Of a DNA stretch of 64,000 nt, positions 41,117-49,729 are shown piece by piece. Both the position numbers and the translations under genes were made by a program. Each line of letters starts with the position of its first letter. Positions within the stretch are counted from its first letter, which is position 1. The notes under the pieces are model-generated. The model was given only the letters and a program-made list of their open reading frames with translations, did no database searches and had not been told where the DNA came from. The DNA comes from Candidatus Bathyarchaeota archaeon (GTDB lineage Archaea > Thermoproteota > Bathyarchaeia > Bathyarchaeales > Bathycorpusculaceae), in contig CAWABA010000006.1 of assembly GCA_963780185.1 (NCBI GenBank), positions 1-64,000 on the forward strand, in the 5' to 3' direction.

Positions 41117-42189
41117 GAGTAGATTTCCCCTGAGCCGAAAGGCCCGAAAAGCAGCCGATGCATGTCTGGGCGGTTCACCATTTGGATGCCGTGTTTGCGG
41201 GTGATGAAGTGTTTGATGGCTAAGACTTCGTTAGCGGTGAAGGTGCACAGGATATGGGAGAGCCGCAGGGTTTCAGGGTAGCTTTGTTTGTAGAGGTCGT
41301 TGCCAAGCACTTTCTCAACCGCCCCAACCCTCTGCTCGTCAGCCGTTTCCTTGTCGATGTCTAAGCGGAAAGCAAAATTCGCCTTGTTCAGCCGCGCCAC
41401 ATAAACCTCGCCCAGCAGCATCATCGGCGGCTTAGAATGCAAACCCGTGGTTTCCAGCAGGTACGGCGGCTCATGGTTGGGAAGCTGCTCAGTTATCAAG
41501 ATGCCGTTTGCCCTAAGCGTTGTGGCTTTGGAGAAGGCAAGTACGGTGCTGTTGTTTCTTCTTGCGTAACTGAGGATTTCCCGCAGCCGCTGGGTGGGCG
41601 TGTCGATGGTTCCCGATGTGAGTGAGCCGTCAAAGAGGATTACGCCGTCTTTCACGGTTTTAGCCAGCATCGTCTGCATCCAACGCTCCAGCAGGCTGGC
41701 AAGCCGCATGGGCATCTGGATGATGTTTGGCGCCGAATTGTGCATGCTGCTGTAAGTGGAGCTGAAGTAGGCGTGCTCCAGCGTGTTGAAGACCGCGTTT
41801 TTGTTGTCTTCAGTTATGTGGAAAATGAAGGGGCCCAGCCGCGTGTACTTGTAGCTGTGGTTTTGGCGCCACGTGATTGCTCCCCGCACCGCGACCACGA
41901 TGCCTGTGGAGGTTTCGCCGATTTTGATGGTTGAAGTGTCGACGGCGGCTATGAGAGTTTCCTGGCGGTCTGGCTTCATCTGGATTGGCTCGGCTTTTAG
42001 CTGTATGCTGGAGGGGTATGGGTCGGCTGCGTTTAGTTGCGGGAAGGTGGGGTGGTTCAGCTGGGGGTTTTGGTGCTGGACTTGTCTGAGCGAGTAGAGG
42101 CTTTGCTCTAAAAAGCGCTGTGGGAGGGCTGTGTCGATGTTGGGTTGTGGAAAGTTATATTTGTTAGTAATTGTATATTGTTCAATCAC
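41113..42189 (-). CDS. nurA: NurA-family nuclease
   Basis: AAVDTS, LFDGSL, AFSK, YPETLRLSH; 4-nt overlap with herA. Confidence 0.85.
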   Translation of the reverse strand: MIEQYTITNKYNFPQPNIDTALPQRFLEQSLYSLRQVQHQNPQLNHPTFPQLNAADPYPSSIQLKAEPIQMKPDRQETLIAAVDTSTIKIGETSTGIVVAVRGAITWRQNHSYKYTRLGPFIFHITEDNKNAVFNTLEHAYFSSTYSSMHNSAPNIIQMPMRLASLLERWMQTMLAKTVKDGVILFDGSLTSGTIDTPTQRLREILSYARRNNSTVLAFSKATTLRANGILITEQLPNHEPPYLLETTGLHSKPPMMLLGEVYVARLNKANFAFRLDIDKETADEQRVGAVEKVLGNDLYKQSYPETLRLSHILCTFTANEVLAIKHFITRKHGIQMVNRPDMHRLLFGPFGSGEIYS

Positions 42190-42194
42190 GATGA

Positions 42195-42276
42195 TTCACC
42201 AATATGCAATAGTGTTATTGGTGAAATATTTAAGTATTGTGCATGTGCATCTTGCACAATTCAATATGCAATAGTG
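42195..42276. promoter_or_regulatory. Divergent promoter with nested inverted and direct repeats
   Basis: ttcaccaata/tattggtgaa, attgtgca/tgcacaat, and caatatgcaatagtg twice. Confidence 0.6.
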
Positions 42277-42693
42277 ACGGACTTGACAGAAAAACAGCAA
42301 AACCCACCAATACGCGTAAAAATGAAAGTCGGCGACATAGAATTCGAAATCGAAGCCCAACCCGACCAAATCCAAACCGCCGTAGACAGAATCCTAGCAA
42401 CCGTCACCGAACGCCTAAAAAACACCAACCTCGCCCAAGTCGCCGAACGCCCAGCCCCCCCACCCAGAGCCGAAACATGCAAAGGCGTCATCCAAAAACT
42501 CTGGGAAGAAAACTGGTTCACCCAGCCCCGAGGCCTAGACGACGTCCACACCGAACTCGCACGCAAAGGCTTCCACTACGACCGAACAGCCGTAGCCCAC
42601 GCACTAGTCGACCTCGTCAAAGACAACATACTCACACGCATCGGCAAGCCCCGACGGTACCAGTACGCACAAAAAAGACCGCCCGCTGCTTAA
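42274..42693 (+). CDS. Small protein with C-terminal winged helix
   Basis: RVKMKVGDIEFEIE N-domain; WFTQPRGLDDVHTEL..VAHALVDLVKDNILTR..RYQY; start may be 42283. Confidence 0.75.
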   Translation: MTDLTEKQQNPPIRVKMKVGDIEFEIEAQPDQIQTAVDRILATVTERLKNTNLAQVAERPAPPPRAETCKGVIQKLWEENWFTQPRGLDDVHTELARKGFHYDRTAVAHALVDLVKDNILTRIGKPRRYQYAQKRPPAA

Positions 42694-42816
42694 GCAAAAA
42701 AGCTCCAAGATTTCTTCCTGCTTAGCAACTCAAAAGAGTTAGCGCACATATCTATTTAATAAGTGACCTATTCATAAATGGAATACAAATAATTCTGTCT
42801 TTAACAGAAAAGCAGG

Positions 42817-44035
42817 TTGCCTTTCGTGGATAAAGGGAAAATCGAGGAGTATCTCAAGAAAGAGCAAGAAATCTTAGCGAGACTAAGTTCTTCGGGAATC
42901 GAGAACCCGCTACAGCTTTACCCCGAGTATAAAGAGTCACTTAAAGGAAATTATTGTAGTTCTCTTGAACCCTACACCAAAATTCATGAGCTTCTGCCTT
43001 ACAGGGAAAACTTGATAGTTCACGTGAATGTTGAACTTAGAAATGAACCTGAATTCAAGTCTTGGTATGGGTTAAGCGTCGATGATCTTCTCGCTCTTAG
43101 AACAGCAGAAATTGATCGTAGTGACGGTCAATCTTCCGAAGACCGCAAAAAGTCTACCTGATTTTCTGGATCCCTTGTTGCAGCGGGGCTTTCCATCATC
43201 CAGGCGCATTGTTGATTACACGTTCTCAGCTGTTCCTCAAGATTCGGAAACGCAAGCCCTGATCGAAGAGATTGTTGATGTGATTTGCGCAAAATCGGTT
43301 AGTTCGGTTGATGGATTCACCGGCGACTCAGAAAGGGCTAGGAGAACTTTTGAAACAGCAGTCAGGCAACTGATTGCTTTGGGTTACCGTCAAGAGGTAT
43401 GTAATGTTAAGGATCTGCTGAAAAACGACAAAATCAGCGAAGTTGTCCGTTTGCTTGAAATTTACCGGTTGTACTATTTAGGGCCAGAATTGTACTCACT
43501 GTCGGGCTATCACACAATATCTTGGCGTGCCATGACGAACAGCAGTCAGACGTATGAAAAGGGGTTAGTCAGTGGGGTCCACCTCTTTTCACCAGCGGGA
43601 GAAGTATTAGCTAAAAAACTCAAAATGTACCAACCTGCCTCTTTCGACGAAGCTTTCGACAGCCGCCATGATTATACCAAGGCAAGGCAGGCACTATTCG
43701 AATTTGAAAGATGTTTGGCGAAGAAAGAAAAGGATGTCTCCTTCGCGGAATCCTCAGCCCTTCTAGAAGACATCGAAAATCAGTTCGATGAACTGATTAA
43801 GAGTTACAGGAAGAAGGCTCGTCTCTTGGAAGCCGTATTCTTGGCTGGCACCATTGCTTCTTCTTTTGTGCCGGGAGGGTTCGCGTTGACGGCAACATTG
43901 GCTGGAGTTAGTTGCTTTGATCCTGCAGCCAAAATCCTGTGCGGCAAAGAGCCAATGCGTGAAGCCGCAAAGGTTTTCACGATTAAGAAGGGGTTAAGGT
44001 CATTTTTTGACATCTCAGACCTCTACAGACAGTAA
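42817..44035 (+). CDS. Hypothetical ~405-aa protein (frameshift near 43097)
   Basis: Two overlapping ORFs join as DDLLALEQQKLIVV; C-terminal hydrophobic hairpin. Confidence 0.6.
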
Positions 44036-44093
44036 ATCCGATCTGTTGAGTGTTGGCGAGTAATAAATAGCAATTCAGCCCAAAGCAGACTTC

Positions 44094-44223
44094 ATACAAG
44101 TTACCGATTTAGTCCGTTTAACCCCGTTGTTCGTATTTTGATGTGTTTACGACGCTGCCTAGGGTTGAGGTTGTTGCGGATAGGGGTTTGAGTTTTGACA
44201 GCATGCGTGACGTGTTTTTGCAG
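44094..44223 (+). pseudogene. Decayed 5' fragment of a DinB-family gene
   Basis: gttgttgcggataggggtttgagttttgacagcatgcgtgacgtgtttttgca parallels 44513-44565. Confidence 0.75.
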
Positions 44224-44428
44224 AGTGCAGATATCAACAAACGTTTTGTCCAGAATAATGAGGCCCTTCACTAAGACCCAAAAACTGAATTTTCGCTAAC
44301 CTACAGTCTTAACGAAACTTATTTGTGTTTGAGGTTCAAAATATGGGGTATATGCCCCAAGAATCGGACTCTGTTGCTTTGAATTTAGCCCTTAAGTTTT
44401 AAATATCAATTGGCACATACGCAGTCCC

Positions 44429-44950
44429 ATGCAAGTTGCCGATTTGATCCGTTACAACCACATTGTGCGTGGGCTCTATTTTGATGCGTTGGCGAAGTTG
44501 CCTTGGTCTGAAGTTGTTGCAGACAAGGGTTTGAGTTTCGATTCGATGCGCGATGTCTTTTTGCATTTGACGTTGGTTGAGGACCGCTGGGTCAGCTTCA
44601 TCATTCCCGGTCGCCTCGAACAGTGGGTTAACCCAGATTTCAACTTGTTCACGGATATGGAGTCGCTCAAGCGGTATGCGGATGAGGTGCGGGGTAGAAC
44701 CGAAGCCTACCTGTGCAAGCTTTCAGGTAAAGAGCTCAGCAGGCAAGTGACCGTTTACTGGGGCGAAAAACCCACCGATATTCCCGTTGAAAAAGGCTTA
44801 ACCCACATGGTAATCGAGGACATGATTCATTATGGCGAGTTGTCGGCGGCGCTGTGGCAGATGGGTTTGGAGGCGCCTTACATGGGGTTTTGGAGGTTCG
44901 GCATTTCCGAGCCTACCAGCGCAAGCTACGAAACTAAGAAGCCGACCTAA
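44429..44950 (+). CDS. DinB/YfiT-family protein
   Basis: YN, SMRDVFLHL..EDRW, HMVIEDMIHYGEL. Confidence 0.85.
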   Translation: MQVADLIRYNHIVRGLYFDALAKLPWSEVVADKGLSFDSMRDVFLHLTLVEDRWVSFIIPGRLEQWVNPDFNLFTDMESLKRYADEVRGRTEAYLCKLSGKELSRQVTVYWGEKPTDIPVEKGLTHMVIEDMIHYGELSAALWQMGLEAPYMGFWRFGISEPTSASYETKKPT

Positions 44951-45167
44951 ACGTCGAAGCTTTAATTTTTAAAGTGTATCGACGAATTGTTTCGTCTTTC
45001 CGTAGAGGCAGTTGACCCCTATAGCCCGTGTTGCACGCAAACGCAAGCTAGCCGATGGCTTTCAGCCGAAGATTTGGGTGTCATGCGAGCCAGCTAAGGT
45101 TTATAGATGGTTTTGCCATTTCTTTGAGTGTAATCTTTTAGGTTAAATTTAGGCGGAGGTGATTTTT

Positions 45168-45608
45168 TTGGCGGATATTGTTGATACTGCCATGGCTTCA
45201 GACATGTTCAAAACTCTAGTCGCAGCTATAAAAGCCGCAGGACTCGTTGACACACTTAAGGGTCCAGGTCCATTCACGGTTTTTGCGCCCACTGACGCCG
45301 CGTTCGCGAAGTTGCCTAACGGCGCGCTTGACATGCTGCTTAAGGATACGGCGAAGCTGAAGGACGTTTTGATGTTCCACGTTGCTGAAGGAAAGATTAT
45401 GGCTGCAGACTTAGCTAAGCATGAGTATTTGCAGGCTCTCAACGGAGGCGAACTGCGGATTGACGCGAAAATGTGGCATCTGCATCGAAACATGAAGGTT
45501 AACGGGGCAAACATCATCAGACCCGACTTAGTGGTGGATAACGGCGTTTGCCACGCGATAGATGCGGTTTTGATGCCGAAGATGGCAATGGTGGAGAAAC
45601 CAATGTAA
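45168..45608 (+). CDS. Fasciclin (FAS1) domain protein, no signal peptide
   Basis: FKTLVAAIKAAGLVDTLKGPGPFTVFAPTDAAF, NGVCHAIDAVL; GGAGGTGA SD. Confidence 0.92.
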   Translation: MADIVDTAMASDMFKTLVAAIKAAGLVDTLKGPGPFTVFAPTDAAFAKLPNGALDMLLKDTAKLKDVLMFHVAEGKIMAADLAKHEYLQALNGGELRIDAKMWHLHRNMKVNGANIIRPDLVVDNGVCHAIDAVLMPKMAMVEKPM

Positions 45609-45612
45609 AGCG

Positions 45613-45647
45613 AATTCCGCCGTTCTTGCGGAAACCTTATTTTTTTA
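45613..45647 (+). terminator. Putative terminator
   Basis: ttccgc..gcggaa hairpin followed by a T-run. Confidence 0.4.
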
Positions 45648-46029
45648 TAAGAAGACCGTTTTTTAAATTTGGTTTTTGCAATTATTTTTGACCAAGCCCT
45701 TTGCCGAGTAGGTTTTCATTAATTCCAGAGCATGAAAAGAAGGCTGTTGTCTGAGGGCTTATTTGGGTTTAGGGCTGCTTGTTTTTGCTTTTTGAGTTGC
45801 CGCAACTGGTTTCATGGGTGTGCCGCAGCAAACTATCTTGCACGGTTCGCAGCCGCATGGTTCATCGACCATTAGTATTAGTCCGCAGTCTTCACATTGG
45901 TATTTGTCGCCTTTTTTATTTGCCAAAATACCACCTGCCTAAAAAATCGCTACATAACAATGGCATTTCCATTCATATAAGAATATCCAAAAATGCACCA
46001 AACAAAGAGTCAAAATAAAATGAAATCGT

Positions 46030-46248
46030 TTATTTTTCTTTCTTCTTGTATGCTTGCCAAATACCCACGATTACCAAAATAATGCCTGGAACTGAGAAAA
46101 CCCAATAGCCTGTTTCATTATATCCAATTGTGTGGATGGGCCCCCCTGTCGAATTCCCATAAATCGGATTTTGAGATACGACATAATAACCTAAAAGAAT
46201 CAACCAAACACCAATAACAAAAAGCAGAAGAGCATATTGTTTAAACAT
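46030..46248 (-). CDS. Small 2-TM membrane protein
   Basis: Two hydrophobic helices and a basic tail. Confidence 0.65.
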   Translation of the reverse strand: MFKQYALLLFVIGVWLILLGYYVVSQNPIYGNSTGGPIHTIGYNETGYWVFSVPGIILVIVGIWQAYKKKEK

Positions 46249-46399
46249 TTTGTGGGATCCCTTAGTCTTCTCTCGTATGCTATCGGTCAGAATTTAAAAC
46301 TTTGGAAGACCGTATTGCCTGCTAACTTAACAGTATCCCAAAAATGTTACCTGTATGTCGCCGTTGTCGGGTTTGCAAAAGTCTCCGAGTGGTCTTGGG

Positions 46400-46678
46400 T
46401 TAGAGTTGTTTGATTTCGCCGAAGCCGTCGCAATCTGGGCAAACCTGCCCGTTGATGGCTATGCGGTAGTCTTTGCCTCTGCCTGAGCATGTGGGGCATT
46501 TTTCTGCGTATCCTTCTGGAAACAGACGCCAGCCTGTTCCTCGGCATTTTAGGCATGCTACGCCGATGTCTGAGTTGCTTGTGTCTCTGCCTGATCCGAA
46601 GCAGATTTTGCATTTGACTCGTCTGTAGCTGATTTGCCTTGAGGGAGATGACTCTAATTGTGTTTTCATCTGGCTCAC
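46400..46678 (-). CDS. Stand-alone DnaJ-type zinc-finger protein
   Basis: Four CxxCxGxG repeats. Confidence 0.8.
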   Translation of the reverse strand: MSQMKTQLESSPSRQISYRRVKCKICFGSGRDTSNSDIGVACLKCRGTGWRLFPEGYAEKCPTCSGRGKDYRIAINGQVCPDCDGFGEIKQL

Positions 46679-46760
46679 CAGAAAGGGTGAAGTTAGCGCC
46701 TTTTGGTATTAAAAATTTGTTGCTTTCCAATTTTGATTCTCAATCAACCATTTTGGCGTT

Positions 46761-47180
46761 TTAAAGTTTTTCTTTAATTTTGCTTGCCATTTCGTCAAGT
46801 TTGGCTCTTTCAACCTTAACGAGGTCGCCGAAACGCGGCAGCTTTTGCCCTTCAAACCTCGGAACGATGTGCACGTGCAGATGGAAGATGTCTTGGCCTG
46901 CGGCTTTACCGTTTTGCTGAATAATGCTTATGCCGTCGGCATGCGTGGCTTCTTTGACGGGCGCCGAAATTTTTTTGGTTGCGATGTAAACTTGGCTAAG
47001 CAGATTGTCGGGGATGTCGAAGATGTCGACGTAGTGTGCTTTAGGTATCACGAGGGTGTGTCCCACGGTTAAGGGTCTTATGTCGAGGAAAGCCATCACC
47101 ACCTCGTCTTCGTAAACTATGCTGGCTTGTGCTGTCTTGTTGGCTATTTTGCAGAAAATGCATGATTCGTCAAACGTCAA
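46761..47180 (-). CDS. HIT-family hydrolase
   Basis: CIFC, GHTLVIPK, HLHVH. Confidence 0.93.
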   Translation of the reverse strand: MTFDESCIFCKIANKTAQASIVYEDEVVMAFLDIRPLTVGHTLVIPKAHYVDIFDIPDNLLSQVYIATKKISAPVKEATHADGISIIQQNGKAAGQDIFHLHVHIVPRFEGQKLPRFGDLVKVERAKLDEMASKIKEKL

Positions 47181-47351
47181 ACCCGAAGCCGCCTCTACAT
47201 TTTACTTTGTCGCATCAACGCATTAAGTTTACCTCAGAGCTTTTTTTCGCATCAACTGCTAACTTGCTGGGCGTGAAAATCTTTCATTGGGAGGATAACA
47301 GTTTATATGCGAAGAAAACTCATGATTATTCGACAGTAGAGGTTTATTGAA

Positions 47352-47639
47352 ATGAGCAAACTAGAAGATCAAGTTCGTGAAGAAGTTGGCAAAGTGCAAG
47401 ACCCCGAAACTGGGCAAAGCTTCGCTGAAATGGAGATGATCCAAAGCGTCAAAGAAACCGCGCCCGGCGAATTCACCGTAGAATTTGTTCCGACAAGCCC
47501 ATTCTGCCCGATCGCTTTCAAGCTTGCCGCTGACATAAAAGCCGCCGCAAAATCTGTCCCAGGCGTAACCAAAGCCCTTGTTTACTGCCGTGGACACGCG
47601 ATGGAGCAGCAGATAAACGAAATGACCAACAAACAGTAA
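47352..47639 (+). CDS. DUF59/SufT-like Fe-S maturation protein
   Basis: VQDPE, PTSPFCP. Confidence 0.85.
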   Translation: MSKLEDQVREEVGKVQDPETGQSFAEMEMIQSVKETAPGEFTVEFVPTSPFCPIAFKLAADIKAAAKSVPGVTKALVYCRGHAMEQQINEMTNKQ

Positions 47640-47681
47640 AAATCTTTTTTTCGATTTCTTTTTTCCAATTTTTAAATTGCA

Positions 47682-48452
47682 CTATTTCATTTTTGTGAAC
47701 GCCCAAGTGCCGACGACAACCATTAATCCGTCAAACAACGCGACCACGCCCAGGTCAACCCATAGCCCTTGAACCTGAAAAGGCACCCACGCAGCACCCA
47801 AAGTAACGTGTCTTAATGCGTCTATGCCGTAGGTCAACGGGTTCCAAACGGCGATATCAGAGAGCCAACTGGGAAGTCCACCGCCTTTAAGCAGGAACAA
47901 TGCGCCGCTTAGAAAGAACAGCGGCAAGTTCACGAAGGTTTGTATGGCGCCGAAGCCCTCAAGGTTGCCCATGAAGCTTGCAATCGTTAATCCGATGCTT
48001 ACCAAGCCAAAAGTGACCAGCAACATCACAGGCAATGCGTAGAGGACCGTTATGGGGTTTATTGGGATGCCGATGGCTAAGCCGATGGCGAAAACAATTA
48101 TGCCCTGCATGAACGCGTCTGTGCTGTCTCCAACCATTTTTCCCAGAAAAATTGTCAGTCTGGAGACGGGTGCAACCAAGGTTTCTTTCATGAAGCCGAA
48201 TTCTTTGTCCCAGATGACGTTTATGCCCATGAACATGGCTGTGAAAAGCAGCGTCTGACCGACTATGCCTGGAAGCAGAACTTCCTGGTAGTTTAAGCCT
48301 GGCGGCAACACGATTCGCGCGGCGAAGGCGGCTCCAAAGATTATAAGCCACAGCAGAGGCTGAACGAAGCTGGTTACAAGCCTGGTTCTGTCGCGGATGA
48401 AGCGTTTGATTTCTCGGAGCCAAAGACTGTAGAAGCCTCGGGTTTCACTCAC
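47682..48452 (-). CDS. DrrB-type ABC-2 permease
   Basis: WDKEFGFMKETLVAPVSR, WNPLTYGIDALR. Confidence 0.9.
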   Translation of the reverse strand: MSETRGFYSLWLREIKRFIRDRTRLVTSFVQPLLWLIIFGAAFAARIVLPPGLNYQEVLLPGIVGQTLLFTAMFMGINVIWDKEFGFMKETLVAPVSRLTIFLGKMVGDSTDAFMQGIIVFAIGLAIGIPINPITVLYALPVMLLVTFGLVSIGLTIASFMGNLEGFGAIQTFVNLPLFFLSGALFLLKGGGLPSWLSDIAVWNPLTYGIDALRHVTLGAAWVPFQVQGLWVDLGVVALFDGLMVVVGTWAFTKMK

Positions 48453-49438
48453 CTTATTGCTCTCCTGCGGGCTGCTGCGGCTCCATGCAGCTCTTTGCTT
48501 GTGTCTTCACGGATGTTTCTGCCTGTGTAATGCAGGAAGACATCTTCAAGGTTAGGTTCACGCAGCAGTAAAGATTCAACGTAGATGTTGTTTTGGGTTG
48601 CCAACTCCATGATTCGGGGCATCACAGTTTTGCCGTTGCGCACAGTTATTTCCAAAGCACCGTCAACGATTTTCTTGTTACTTAACCCTAACCATTTAGT
48701 TACAAGTTCGGATAGCTCGTCAATTTTGTTTGTTTTTATTACGACAACGTCGCCTTCCAACGTGTCTTTAAGCTTAGGCGGTGAATCTAAGATGACGATT
48801 TTGCCGTGGTCCATGATGCCGATGCGGTCGGAAAGCCTATCCGCTTCATCCATGTAGTGAGTAGTTAAAACCACGGTGATGTCGTGAGCCCTCTTTAGCT
48901 CCAAAATGTACTTCCATATGTGGTCCCTTGTCTGCGGGTCTAACCCGACGGTGGGCTCATCCAGAAACAGCACTTTGGGGTAATGAATCAAGCCGCGTCC
49001 CAACTCAAGCCTCCGCCTCATCCCACCCGAGTAGGTACGCATTAAATCGTCGGCTCTGTCGTCAAGTTCTATGAGTTTTAGGATGCGGTCTATGCGTTCT
49101 TTCTGCTCCGAGGGTGGAACACCGTACATGTTTGCATGTATGTACAGGTTTTCTCTTCCTGTTAAGCGGTCGTCGATGCTTGGATCCTGAAAAACAATGC
49201 CGATTGATCTGCGAACTTTATTTGCTTCTTTAACGATGTCGAAGCCGTTAATCGTCGCGGTGCCAGACGTCGGCTTAAGAATGGTGCAAAGCATCGATAT
49301 GGTTGTTGTTTTACCTGCCCCGTTTGGCCCCAGCAACCCGAAGATTTCCCCAGACTCAACCGTTATGTTGAGGTCATCCACTGCCTTAAAAGAATTGTAC
49401 GCTTTTGTTAAGTGGCGAGTTTCAATGACATGGGTCAT
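48449..49438 (-). CDS. DrrA-type ABC ATPase
   Basis: GPNGAGKT, YSGGMRRRLE, DEPTVGLD, LEDVFLHYTG. Confidence 0.93.
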   Translation of the reverse strand: MTHVIETRHLTKAYNSFKAVDDLNITVESGEIFGLLGPNGAGKTTTISMLCTILKPTSGTATINGFDIVKEANKVRRSIGIVFQDPSIDDRLTGRENLYIHANMYGVPPSEQKERIDRILKLIELDDRADDLMRTYSGGMRRRLELGRGLIHYPKVLFLDEPTVGLDPQTRDHIWKYILELKRAHDITVVLTTHYMDEADRLSDRIGIMDHGKIVILDSPPKLKDTLEGDVVVIKTNKIDELSELVTKWLGLSNKKIVDGALEITVRNGKTVMPRIMELATQNNIYVESLLLREPNLEDVFLHYTGRNIREDTSKELHGAAAARRRAIR

Positions 49439-49729
49439 TTTTCGGTTTCTCTTTCAGCAATTGGGACACAGGCGGGATTTAAGCTTATTTCATTAAAACA
49501 TTAAGAACTTCAGTATACATGGAAAGACTGGCAGATCGATTTATCTTCCATGGCTTTGCGATTTCTGAAAAACAGAAAAATTGCTCATCTTGAACTTGAT
49601 ATATCTAAGGGGGATAAATAATGGAATTTTGCTTATTTTTTAGTTTATAGTAAGAATAACGTTTAGACAACATTTATTACAGTTAGCGCTTGCATGTTTG
49701 CGAAAGGGAAAGGAGAGAGTGATGCATTT

